A stretch of DNA of 64,000 nt from Anaeramoeba ignava BMAN (taxonomy: Eukaryota; Protista; Anaeramoebae), in contig JAPDFW010000143.1 in assembly GCA_028826165.1 (NCBI GenBank), positions 1 through 64,000 of the forward strand, written 5' to 3'. The notes under the pieces are model-generated. The model saw nothing but the letters and a program-made list of their open reading frames with translations. It did no database searches and had not been told where the DNA came from. Both the position numbers and the translations under genes were made by a program. Within the stretch, counting starts at the first letter, position 1. Every line of letters starts with the position of its first letter. Below are positions 46,620-60,313 of this stretch, one piece after another.

Positions 46620-46980
46620 TTAAATCTATATTTAAATTAATATTTAAATCAATATTTAAATCAATATTTAAATCAATATTTAAATCAAATATTTAAATCA
46701 ATATTTAAATTAATATTTAAATCAATATTTAAATTAATATTTAAATCAATATTTAAATTAATATTTAAATCAATATTTAAATCAATATTTAAATCAATAT
46801 TTAAATCAATATTTAAATCAATATTTAAATTAATATTTAAATTAATATTTAAATCAATATCTAAATCAATATTTAAATTAATATTTAAATTAATATTTAA
46901 ATCAATATTTAAATTAATATTTAAATCAATATTTAAATTAATATTTAAATTAATATTTAAATCAATATTTAAATTCAAAT
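46620..46980. repeat. Intergenic 12-bp ATTTAAAT(C/T)AAT tandem repeat
   Basis: Roughly 30 tandem units between the 46544 start and the 47100 stop. Confidence 0.85.
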
Positions 46981-47099
46981 TCAAATGATTTTTTTTGGAA
47001 TTCTTTAAAGGAAAATATGCTACATAAACCTTTTTTATTGAAAGAAAAATTGTAAAAAGAAAAATTGTAAAAAGAAAAAGAAATTCTTGGTTTTTGAAG

Positions 47100-48855
47100 T
47101 TAATTTTTGTTAGATGATTTTAATTTATCATTTTCATTTCTTAATTTATCGTTTTCCTTTTTCAAAACTTCATTTTCATATTCAAGTTCACTAATTCTTT
47201 TACGAAGTTGAGAAATAAGTTGTTTATCATCAAGATTAGTAGATTGATTGCTATTAGAAGAATGATGATAACGAGAAGAAGTTGAATGTGTTTGAGATTT
47301 TGAAGGAGAATGAGTATGCGAAGTTCTAGAAGAATAATGATGATAAGAATGTCCAGAATTTATTGGTTTTGTTTCTTGTTTTTGGATTGGTGATTTTCTT
47401 TGACTTTGTGTTTGATTTTGACGTGAATTAATAGGTGATTTTGTTTCATTTGGTTTTGTTTCTTGTTTTTGGATTGGTGATTTTCTTTGAGTTTGAGTTT
47501 GACTTTGACGTGAATTAATAGGTGATTTTGTTTCATTTGATTTTGTTTCTTGTTTTTGGATTGGTGATTTTCTTTGACTTTGACTTTGAGTTTGACTTTG
47601 ACGTGAATTAATAGGTGATTTTGTTTCATTTGATTTTGTTTCATTTGGTTTTGTTTCATTTGGTTTTGTTTCTTGTTTTTGACTTTGTGTTTGACTTTGA
47701 TTTTGACGTGAATTAATAGGTGATTTTGTTTCATTTGGTTTTGTTTCTTGTTTTTGGATTGGTGATTTTCTTTGTGCTTGACTTTGATTTTGACGTGAAA
47801 TATAAGGTGATTTTGTTTGAGTTTGAGTTTGAGTTTGAGTTTGGCTTTGATTTGGAGATTTGTTTTGATTTTGATTTTGATTTTGACGTGAAGTATAAGT
47901 TGTTCTTGTTTGAGTTTGGCTTTGATTTGGTGATTTGTTTTGATTTTGATTTTGACGTGAAGTATAAGTTGTTCTTGTTTGACTTTTGACTTTGATTTGG
48001 TGATTTGTTTTGATTTTGATTTTGATTTTGACGTGAAGTATAAGTTGTTCTTGTTTGACTTTGAGTTTGACTTTGATTTGGTGATTTGTTTTGATTTTGA
48101 TTTTGATTTTGACGTGAAGTATAAGTTGTTCTTGTTTGACTTTGACTTTGATTTGGAGATTTGTTTTGATTTTGATTTTGGTTTTGACGTGAAGTATAAG
48201 TTGTTCTTGTTTGAGTTTGACTTTGAGTTTGACTTTGATTTGGAGATTTGTTTTGATTCTGGTTTTGACGTGAAGTATAAGTTGTTCTTGTTTGGCTTTG
48301 ATTTTGACTTTGACGTGAATTAAAAGGGGATTTTGATTCTTGAGATTTATCAAGATTTGATTGATTTTTCGCAAGAGAATTTTGAGTTTTATTTGGGGTG
48401 AATTGAGAATTAAAACGGGGTTGTTGATTAGGTTGAGTTTGGGGGGGTTTGGTGTATTGAGTATGTGAGCGAGCTGAGCGATTTTGGGATACCATGACAG
48501 GACTTGATTGGGAAAGGTTCTGTTTTGGAGACTGTTGTCTAAGGGGGGTTTGTGGGTTTGGTTTAGGCGGGGGTTGAGGAGCAGCTTTTGCTGCAGTTGT
48601 GAACCTTCTCTGTCTTTGTGGGCGTGATTCTTCACGAAAAACTGTTATCATTGGTCGAGAATCTTCTTTTGAAAATGACATTTCGGTTTCAACTTCTTTT
48701 TCTTTCTTCTTTGTACCATTTGGTACACTTGTTGGTATTGGATCTTTCATTGCAAAGTTTATTTGTGGATATACTAATTCACCTCTTTCTTTTGCAAATT
48801 GAACTGTTCGTCGAAAAATTGCTTTTAATTCTTTGTCAGTTGGTGTATAATCCAT
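47100..48855 (-). CDS. Disordered S/Q/T/N/K repeat protein with C-terminal coiled coil; slip near 47985
   Basis: ORFs 47731-48855 and 47100-48635 share repeats TRTTYTSRQNQNQNKSPNQSQ and TKSPINSRQ; ends LRKRISELEYENEVLKKENDKL. Confidence 0.7.
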
Positions 48856-49163
48856 TTTATTATTTGAAATTTGTTTTTAATTTGTTTTTAATTTGTTTTT
48901 AATTTGAAAGTTAATTTGAAATAAATTTGATGAAAAATTGTTAATTTAATTTGTTTGTTTTTAAAAAGAAAAAAAAAGGTGAAAAAAAAATGAAAAAAAA
49001 TAAAAAAAAAATTTTAATTAAAAAATAAAAAAGGAGAAAAATAATAAATAAAAAAAAAAGGAGAAAAATAATAAATAAACAAAAGAAAAAAAATTTTTTT
49101 TTTATTTTTTTTTAATTTCATTTTTTCATTTTTTCTCTTTCAAATTTCTGGTTAAATATTATT

Positions 49164-49657
49164 ATGGTTGTAAGATTATTATTTAAAATCAAATTTAAAA
49201 ATGAAATTTAAAAATCAAAATTTAAAAATCAAAATTAAAAAAAATAAAAATTTTAGCTTGAGAAAGATTTATTAAATCCAAAAAGAAAAGACGAAAAACA
49301 AAAACACAAAAAGAAAAGACTCATTCCAACACCAAATTCATATTTCCTTGATGTTAAATGTCATTGTGGAGAAGTGTAAGTTAAAAAAATAAATAAAAAT
49401 TCAACTTAAAAATTCAACTTAAAAATTCAACTTAAAAATTCAACTGAAAACAAAAACAATTTTGAAATTAAAAATTAAAACAAAATTAAAACAAAAACAA
49501 TTTTGACTTTGACATTTATTATAAAATTAGTTCAACTCTTTTCAGTCATTCAAATACTGTTGTTAAATGTCCAAGTTGTAATAGAGTTTTATGCACACCT
49601 TCAGCTGGAAAAGCAAAAATTACTCCTGGACTTCAAGCAAGAAAAAAATTAAACTAA
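49164..49657 (+). CDS. RPS27: 40S ribosomal protein eS27, 3 exons
   Basis: MV|[33 protein letters not shown]|[31 protein letters not shown]; absent from the ORF track. Confidence 0.95.
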
Positions 49658-49811
49658 ATGAGTTTCCTTTCATTTTTACTCTCTTTTTTTTTAAAGGATT
49701 TTCACATAAAGATTCTTTTTAATAAAACATAAAAACAATTTCACTAAAAATTATTTTTTCATTTTTTTCCTTTTTTTCCTTTTTAATTTTTTAATTTTAA
49801 TTTATTTTTTA

Positions 49812-52660
49812 ATGAGTGAAAACCAAACTTTAAGTAAAAATATCATTTAAATTCCAATTTTAAATACAAATACAAATATAAATATAAATATAAATATAAA
49901 TATAAATATAAATATAAATATAAATATAAATATAAATATAAATATAATTATAAATATAAATATAAATATAAATATAAATATAAATATAAATATAAATATA
50001 AATATAAATATAAATATAAATATAAATATAAATATAAATATAAATATAAATATAAATATAAATATAAATATAAATATAAATATAAATATAAATATAAATA
50101 TAAATATAAATATAAATATAAATATAAATATAAAATAAAATTAAAAATAAAAATATAAATATAAATATAAATATAAATATAAATATAAATATAAATATAA
50201 ATATAAATATAAATATAAATATAAATATAAATATAAATATAAATATAAATATAAATATAAATATAAATATAAATATAAATATAAATATAAATATAAATAT
50301 AATTAAATATAAATATAAATATAAATATAAATATAAATATAAATATAAATATAAATATAAATATAAATATAAATATAAATATAAATATAAATATAAATAT
50401 AAATATAAATATAAATATAAAATATAAATATAAATATAAATATAAATATAAATATAAATATAAATATAAATATAAATATAAATATAAAATATAAAATATA
50501 TAAATAAATATAAAATATAAAAAATAAATATAAATATAAAATAAATATAAAATATAAATATAAATAAATATAAATATAAATATAATTATAAATATAAATA
50601 TAAATAAAAATATAAATATAAATATAAATATAAATATAAATATAAATATAAAATATAAACATAAAATATAAATATAAATATAAATATAAATATAAATATA
50701 AATATAAATATAAATATAAATATAAATATAAATATAAATATAAATATAAATATAAAAATATAAATATAAATATAAATATAAATATAAATATAAAATATAA
50801 ATAAACTAAAATATAAATATAAATATAAATATAAATATAAATATAAATAAAATAAAAATAAATATAAAATAAAAATAAAAATATAAATATAAAATATAAA
50901 AATAAAAATAAATATAAATATAAATATAAATATAAATATAAATATAAATATAAATATAAATATAAATATAAATATGAATATAAATAAAAATAAAAACAAA
51001 TAAATATAAATATAAAATAAAAAAATATAAATATAAATATAAAATAAAAAGAAAAATAAATATAAACATAAATATAAATATAAATATAAATATAAATATA
51101 AATATAAATATAAATATAAATAAAAAAAACAAATATAAATATAAATATAAATATAATTATAAATATAAATATAAATATAAATATAAATATAAATATAAAT
51201 ATAAATATAAATATAAATATAAATATAAATATAAATATAAATATAAATATAAATATAAATATAAATATAAATATAAATTTTGAAATGAATTTAATTATAA
51301 ATAAAAGGTACAGCAACAAAATTAAATTTACTTCGTCAAGAGTATAAAAAACTTCAAAAACAATTTCAAGAATTTCAAGAAGAAAATCCAAAAAAAGAAC
51401 AAGAAATTCAAGAACTTGAAAAATTAAACAAAGGACTTAAAAATCAATTTCAAGAAAAAGAAAACAAAATTGTTGAAATTCAAAATCAAATAATTGAAAT
51501 ATCAAAAATTAAAAAGCAATCAAAACAAAATTTACAATCAATTACAAAAGAATTACAAAATTTAAAAGATGCTCATCAAAAATTAAATTTAGAATCTCAA
51601 AGTAAACAAGAAGATATTAAAAAATTTAATACTTTACAACAAGAAAGAGAAGATTTTCATAAAAATCTAAATAATTTAAATGAAGAAATGGAAAAAATTA
51701 GAGATGAAATTTTTCCTGTAAATTCATTAATATTTATAATATTAATTTTAAAATTAATTTTAATTGATTTTAGTTGGATCAAAAAGTTACTGATTTAAAA
51801 ATTGAAAATGCAAAATCAAAATCAAATGAAAAAGAATTATCAGAAAAAATTAAACAAGAACAAGAAACAAGAAGTGAAATGATGAAAGAAGAAGATAAAA
51901 ATATACGAAAATATTTTGGATTTCCTGAAACAGAATATTATGTTAATAGTAAAAATTATAAAATTCAATTAAAAAAAAAAGAAGAAAATCAAAAAAATTT
52001 TTTAAATATTTTTTTGATTGATATTTTTTAGGTTATTTTTGTTGGAAAGGGATTGTAAATGGAACTTTATATATTACAACAAATTATATTTGTTTTTATC
52101 CAAGAATTTTTTCAAAACCGATAGTTTTTCCAATTCAAGATTTAATTGAAATTGAAAAACAAAAAAATATTTCAATGATTGATAATTCTTTACAATTTAC
52201 AAGGAAATCTAATAAAGAAGTAAATTTTTTAATTGAATTTTTAATTAAATTTATATTTGAATTTATATTTGAATTTATATTTGAATTTATATTTAAATTT
52301 ATAATTGAATTTATAATTATATTTATAATTGAATTTATAATTAAATTTATATTTATATTTATAATTATATTTATAATTAAATTTATAATTGTATTTATAA
52401 TTATATTTATAATTGAATTTATAATTGAATTTATAATTATATTTATAATTGAATTTATAATTAAATTTATATTTGAATTTATATTTGAATTTTTAATTGA
52501 ATTTATATTTGAATTTATAATTGAATTTATATTTGAATTTATATTTGAATTTATATTTGAATTTATATTTAAATTTATAATTGAATAGGTTTATGTTTTT
52601 GCTTCTTTTGTTGGTTCTAAAAGAGATCATTGCATTTCAGATATTTTGGAATTAGCATAA
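49812..52660 (+). CDS. Coiled-coil + C-terminal GRAM domain protein, 5 exons
   Basis: [51 protein letters not shown]; intron 1 is 49834-51307. Confidence 0.8.
49834..51307 (+). repeat. Intron filled with (TAAATA)n
   Basis: Long near-perfect hexamer array between GTAAAA and AAAG. Confidence 0.9.
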
Positions 52661-53042
52661 AAATCAAATCATGAAATTATAGTTAAATAATTTTGGAAAA
52701 ATAATTTTAAAAAATCTTCAATTTTAATTGATTTTTAATTTTTTATTTTTGAATTTTATTTTGAATTTTTAATTATTTTTATTTGAATTTATGAATTTGA
52801 ATTTGAAAGGAAAAATTTATTTTTGTTCTTTTTCTTAAATTTATAATCAATTTCAATTTTTTTTGATTCTTTTTTCTTTTTGATTTTGATTTTGATTTTG
52901 ATTTTGATTTTGATTTGATTTAAATTTTCTTTTTCTTTTTGATTTTGATTTTGATTTTCATTTTGAATAATTTCATTTTGGTTTTGATTTTGATTTTGAT
53001 TTTGATTTTCATTTTGATTTTCTTTTTGATTTTGATTTTCAT

Positions 53043-54615
53043 TTAAATTTTCATTTTGATTTTGATTTTCATTTTGATTTTGATTTTGATTTTGATTTTG
53101 ATTTTCTTTTGATTTTGATTTTGATTTTCATTTAAATTTTCATTTTCATATTGAATATAATTATCAATTCTTTTAAAAGTTTTTGAAGAATCAGCTTGAT
53201 AGTTTTTTTGAATCAAATTATAAAAATAAATAAAATAATAAAGTAAATTATCAAATTCCGAATTATAACTTCCATTGACAACAATTTGATATTCTTTAAA
53301 AAAATAATAAATAGCTTCAATAGTTGATAAACAATTTTTGCCAACATTTTGATATCTCCAAAACTTAGTTTCATAGTTTGAAATTTTAACTTTTTTCATT
53401 GGAATTATAAATTTACTTGAAAGAATTGAACTTGTTTGATTCCAAGTTGAATCAATAAAAAAAACTTTTTTGATTTGTTTCCAATCAACTTCAGGTATTG
53501 ATAATGAATCTTCTGATGGAAATAAAACAACTGTTTCATTTGGATTAAAAAATTTTGCATCTTTTTTTTCTTCGTTTTCTAAATCATCTGGAAATTCTAA
53601 TATTTTTGCTTCTTTGCTTAATATTCTGGCATGAACAGCTGTGCTTTTGCTTTTCTTTTCATTTGGATGATGAATACTTTTTAATTATTTTGAATTTGAA
53701 ATTGAAATTGAAATTGATATTGATATTGAAATTGAAATTGAATTTGAATTTGAAATTGAAATTGAATTTGAAATTGAATTTGAATTTGAAATTGAATTTG
53801 AATTTGAAATTGAAATTGAATTTGAAATTGAATTTGAAATTGAAATTTGAAATTGAATTGAAATTGAAATTGAATTTGAAATTGAAATTGAAATTGAAAT
53901 TGAAATTGAAATTGAAATTGAAATTGAATTTGAAATTGAAATTGAAATTTGAAATTTGAATTTGAAATTGAAATTGAAATTGAAATTGAAATTGAAATTG
54001 AAATTGAATTTGAATTTGAAATTGAATTTAAAAATTGAAATTTGAAATTGAAAATTAAAATTGAATTTGAAATTGAAATTGAAATTGAAATTGAAATTGA
54101 TTTTGAAATTGAATTTGAAATTGAATTTGAAATTGAAATTGAATTTGAAATTGAAATTGAAATTGATTTTGAAATTGAATTTGATTTTGAAATTGAAATT
54201 GAAATTGAAATTGAAATTGATTTTGAATTTGAATTTGAATTTGAAATTGAATTTGAAATTGAAATTGAAATTGAAATTGAAATTGAAATTGAAATTGAAA
54301 TTGAAATTGAAATTGAATTTGAAATTGAAATAAAATTGAAATTGAAATTGAAATTGAATTTGAAATTTGAAATTGAATTTGAAATTGAATTTGAATTTGA
54401 ATTTGAAATTGATTTTGATTTTGAAATTTGAATTGAGAATTATAATTAATCTACATAAAAGTATCTAAAGGAAGTTTAACATTTGGAATCCCTTCTTTAT
54501 TTCCAATAATTTCATAACAATAGTAACAAAAAAATTTAAATTTTTTATTACATTTTGGACAAAATCCTCTTTTTGATTCTTGTAACGGTTTAAAAGAAGC
54601 TAATTTAAATTCCAT
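53043..54615 (-). CDS. DTWD1: DTW-domain tRNA-uridine aminocarboxypropyltransferase (DTWD1-like), 2 exons
   Basis: CPKC..FFCYYC, IHHPNEKKSKSTAVHA, VVLFPS, FIDSTW, TKFWRYQ, LSTIEAIYYF, FDNLLYYF; intron 53677-54454 is (GAAATT)n. Confidence 0.9.
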
Positions 54616-54798
54616 TTAAATTTTTATTTTTTAAATTTAAAATTAAAAAAAAAATGAAAAGGAAAAAAATAAAAAATTTGTTTTGTTTTTGTTTTGTTTT
54701 TTTTGAAATAAAGTCAAAACAACCATTTTTAAATTAAAAAATTATTTTAATTTTTTTTTCATTTTTTTTCTTTTCATTTTTTTTTTCTTATTTCAATA

Positions 54799-57700
54799 AT
54801 GACAACAGATCCATCTAAATTATTTGATAAAACAGATAAAATAGGAGAAGGAGTTTTAGGTTCTGTTTATAAAGGGTAAAAAAAATTAAATATAAAATTA
54901 ATTAAATTAAAAATTATTTATAAAAATTTTCCTTTTATTTTTATTTGTTATTAATTCATTTAGAATTGGAAAAGATGCAAAAAAACCAATTGCACTTAAA
55001 GTTATTAATTTAACTGAAACAGAATCTAAAATTAATGATATTAAACATTTAGGAATTACAATAACAAAACAAGTAAATCTTTTTTTAATAAAATTAAATA
55101 TAAAATTATTTACAAAATTATTTATAAAATTATTTATAAAATTAAATATAAAATTATTTATAAAATTATTTATAAAATTATTACAAAATTTAATATAAAA
55201 TTAAATATTAAATTATTTATAAAATTATTATAAAATTATTACAAAAATTTAATACAAAAATTTAATATAAAATTATTTATAAAATTTAAATATAAAATTA
55301 TTTATAAAATTTAAAATAAAATTATTTATAAAATCATTTATAAAATTATATATAAAATTAAATATAAAATTATTTATAAAATTATTTATAAAATTATTTA
55401 TAAAATTATTTATAAAATTATTTATAAAATTATTTATAAAATTATTTATAAAATTATTTTATAAAATTATTTATAAAATTATTTATTAAATCATTTATAA
55501 AATTATTTATAAAATTATTTATAAAATTATTTATTAAATTATTTATAAAATTAAATATAAAATTATTTATTAAATTATTTATAAATGTATTTATAAAATT
55601 AAATATAAAATTAAATATAAAATTAAATATAAAATTAAATATAAAATTATTTATAAAATTAAATATAAAATTATTTATAAAATTAAATATAAAATTATTT
55701 ATAAAATTAAATATAAAATTATTTATAAAATTATTTTATAAAATTATTTATAAAATTAATTATAAAATTATTTATAAAATTTAAATATAAAATTAAATAT
55801 AAAATTATTTTATAAAATTAAATATAAAATTATTTATAAAATTATTTATTAAATTATTTATAAAATTTAATATAAAATTAATTATAAAATTATTTATAAA
55901 ATTATTTATAAATTTATTTATAAAATTATTACAAAATTAAATATAAAATTATTTATAAAATTATTTATAAAATTAAATATAAAATTAATTATAAAAGTAT
56001 TTATAAAATTAATTATAAAAGTATTTATAAAATTATTTATAAAATTATTTATTAAATTTAAAATAAAATTATTTATAAAATCATTTATAAAATTATTTAT
56101 TAAATTATTTATAAAATTAATTATAAAATTATTTATAAAATTATTTATAAAATTATTTATAAAATTATTTATAAAATTAATTATAAAATTTAAATATAAA
56201 ATTAAATATAAAATTATTTATAAAATTAAATATAAAATTATTTATAAAATTATTTATTAAATTATTTATAAAATTTAATATAAAATTAATTATAAAATTA
56301 TTTATAAATGTATTTATAAAATTATTTATAAAATTATTTATAAAATTATTTATAAAATTATTTATTAAATTATTTATAAAATTAAATATAAAATAATTTA
56401 TAAAATTAAATATAAAATTAAATATAAAATTAAATATAAAATTATTTATAAAATTATTTATAAAATTAATTATAAAATTATTTATAAAATTATTTATAAA
56501 ATTATTTATAAAATTATTTACAAAATTATTTATAAAATTTAATATAAAATTATTAATAAAATTAAATATAAAATTAAATATAAAATTAATTATAAAATTA
56601 TATATAAAATTATTTATAAAATTATTTATAAAATTATTTATAAAATTAAATATAAAATTAAATATAAAATTAAATATAAAATTATTTATAAAATTATTTA
56701 TAAACTTATTTATAAAATTAAATATAAAATTATTTATAAAATTATTTATAAAATTATTTATAAAATTAATTATAAAATTATATATAAAATTATTTATAAA
56801 ATTATTTATAAAATTATTTATAAAATTATTTATAAAATTAATTATAAAATTATTTATAAAATTAAATATAAAATTAATTATAAAATTAAATATAAAATTA
56901 TTTATAAAATTATTTATAAAAATTAAATATTAAATTATTTATAAAATTATTTATAAAATTATTTATAAAATTATTTATAAAATTATTTATAAATGTATTT
57001 ATAAAATTAAATATTAAATTATTTATAAAATTATTTATAAAATTATTTATAAAATTATTTATAAAATTAATTATAAAATTATTTATAAAATTAATTATAA
57101 AATTATTTATTAAATTATTTATAAAATTATTTATAAAATTAATTATTAAATTATTTATAAAATTATTTATAAAATTATTAATATAATTAAATATAAAATT
57201 ATTTATAAAATTTAATATAAAATTATTTATAAAATTTAATATAAAATTATTTATAAAATTAATTATTAAAATTATTTATAAAATTAATTATAAAATTAAA
57301 TATAAAATTATTTATAAAATTATTTATAAAATTATTTATAAAATTATTTATAAAATTATTTATAAAATTTAATATAAAAATAATTATAAAATTAAATATA
57401 AAATTATTTATAAAATTATTTATAAAATTATTTATAAAATTAAATATAAAATTAAATATAAAATTATTTATAAAATTATTTATAAAATTATTTATAAAAT
57501 TATTTATAAAATTATTTATAAAATTATTTATAAAATTATTTATAAAATTATTAATATAATTAAATATAAAATTATTACAAAAATTTAATATAAAATTATT
57601 TATTAAATTATTTATAAAATTAATTATAAAATTATTTATAAAATTATTTATAAAATTATTTATTAAATTAAATATAAAATTAAATATAAAAATTATTTAT

Positions 57701-60075
57701 AAAATTATTTATAAAATTATTTATAAAATTATTTATAAAATTAAATATAAAATTATTTATAAAATTATTTATTAAATTAAATATAAAATTATTTATAAAA
57801 TTAAATATAAAATTATTTATAAAATTATTTATAAAATTATTTATAAAATTATTTATAAAATTAATTATTAAATTAAATATTAAATTAAATATAAAAATTA
57901 AATATAAAATTATTTATAAAATTTAATATAAAATTATTTATAAATGTAATTATAAAATTAAATATAAAATTATTTATAAAATTATTTATAAAATTAATTA
58001 TAAAATTATTTATAAAATTATTTATAAAATTATTTATTAAATTATTTATAAAATTATTTATAAAATTAAATATAAAATTATTTATAAAATTTAAGTCAAA
58101 AAACCCAAATTTAATGAAATATTCAGGAACTTATATGAAGGGAAATGAATTATGGTTGGTAATGGATTATTTCGATGGACGTAAAAATTAAATTTTATTT
58201 TTATATTTAAAATTTTAAAATTTAATTTCTCTCTTTTTTTTTTTTGTTGTTTAAATAGATTCTGTTACTGATTTAGTAATTAAATGAAATTAAATTGAAT
58301 TTAGATTAAATTAAAAAAAAAAATTTATTAAAATTTATTAGTTAAAACCAGGTCCTTTAGCTGAACAACATATTGCAGTAATTTTAAAAAATATTATTCA
58401 AGGAGTTCGTTATTTACATTCTCATAAACTTGCACATGGAAATATCAAATGTATCAAATTTCTTGTTAATGGAAAAAAAAAAGGAGAAATTAAAATTTAA
58501 ATCTTTTTTTTTTTAGGTTCAAATATTCTCGTTTCAAAAACAGAAGTTAGATTAACAGATTATTTGGTTTCAAGCAAAATTATTCAACTTCGAAGACATT
58601 ATAAAACTTTTTCAGGAGTTTGAATTTTTTTAAAAAAACAAAAACAAAAACAAAAACAAGACAGTTTGATTTATTTGAATTTTTTTTTAGAAAGTTTATT
58701 GGATGTCACCACAAATGATTGAAAATAATATTTTTAGTGAAAAAGAAGATATTTGGGCAATTGGAATTGCAGCTTTAGAAATGGCAAAAGGTAAATTTAT
58801 TCAAAAATATAAAAAATAAAAATAAAAATAATAATTCATTTTCAATTATTTTTAATATATATATATATATCAAAATTTTAGGAGAACCACCATTTTATAA
58901 TTTGGATTATGAAAAAGGTTGTAAAGCAATTGTTGAATCACAACCACCAAAATTAACTGGATCATTTAGTACTAAATTTGCAGAATTTATTTCTTTATGT
59001 TTATCAAAAGATCCAAGAAAAGTTTGAAATGATTTTTAAGTTTAAATTTCTAATTTAAATTTTAAATTTTTGAATTGATTTTTTTAGAGACCATCTGCAA
59101 AAGACCTTTTAAAACATCAATTTATGAAAAAAGTGAAGAAAACTAGAATTGTTGCAAGTTTGATTGAAAGATATGCTGTTTGGGAAAATTTACATCGAGA
59201 TATTCAAAATGAAAATGAAAGTGTGAATGGAAATCAAAAAGATAGTTCACTTGGGTTTGAATTAAAATTAAAATTCATTTATAAAATTAAAATTAAAATT
59301 AAAATTCTTTTTTTTCAATCATTTTAGTGAAGAATTACTTGATGATTTCAATTTTGTTTCAACAAATGAAACTGATAAACAAAATACAAATGAAAAAGTA
59401 AAAAAAAAAACCAAAAACAAGAAATCAAGTTCAATTTTGATTTTTTATTCTTTTTTATTCTTTTTAGGAATCACCAAAAGAATCTAAATCAAAAAGTAAA
59501 CGAGCAATTACTATTGATAAAAAACCAAAGAAAGAAGTACAAAAAAAGAAAAAATCAGAAAGTAGTAGTGAATTTGAAGAATATGAAAAAACAAAAGGAA
59601 AAAAAAATTCAAGAAAAAATGATGCAATGAATGTAAAAAAATTTAAATTGAAAAATTTAAATTAAAATTAAAATTAATAAAAAATATTTGATTTAATTTG
59701 AAAGGCGGATCAACCTTTTACACAATTAATGATTTCTACACTTTCAAAATTGAAAGAATCACAAAGTGAAAAATCAGTTTTATCAAATTTAAGTCAAATG
59801 CAAACACTTTTTTCTTTTTGTGAAGATAATTCTAAAGGATTTATTAAATGTTTTGCTCAAGAAGTTATAAAGCAAATTGAACAGTAAAATTTTTTAATTT
59901 TTTAATTTTTTAATTTTTAATTTTAATTTTTTAATTTTATTTTTTATTTAGATCAAATGAAAAGGAAGTACAAGAAATTCTTTCAACAAAAGGAAAAGGA
60001 TCTCCACTTGCAAATGAAACAACAACAGCACAATATGTTTTGGAAAGATGGAAAACAAAATTTGATCAATATTAA
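54799..60075 (+). CDS. STE20 GCK-III (MST3/4, SvkA-like) family pseudokinase, 13 exons
   Basis: DPSKLF..IGEGVLGSVYKG, IALKVINL, LWLVMDY, YWMSPQ, DIWAIGIAALEMAKGEPP, RPSAKDLLKHQFMKK..LIERY; catalytic loop HGNIK, DYL in place of DFG. Confidence 0.85.
55073..58095 (+). repeat. 3,023-nt intron of 12-bp AAATTATTTATA satellite
   Basis: GTAAAT...TAAG boundaries joining kinase exons in phase 0. Confidence 0.9.
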
Positions 60076-60313
60076 AAATATTCTCATTTTTTTTTTAATT
60101 GATTTTTTAATTGATTTTTTTTTGAAATTTTTTTTGACTTAATTCAAAAAGAAGGAGAAAAAGTATAAAAAAAACAAATTATTTTCACAAGATTAAAAAA
60201 TTAAAATTAGAAAATTAAATGGAATGAAATTTTAATTAAAATTTTTTTTTTGATTAAAATTTTTGAAAGAAAAATGAAAGTTTGAAAAAAACTTCATTCA
60301 AAAAAAAAAAAAA

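Noticed and set aside
49655-60076. Stop codon embedded in TAAA as a Trichomonas-like polyadenylation signal
   Set aside because: Seen at several stops but expected by chance at this AT content; cannot be supported without 3' end data
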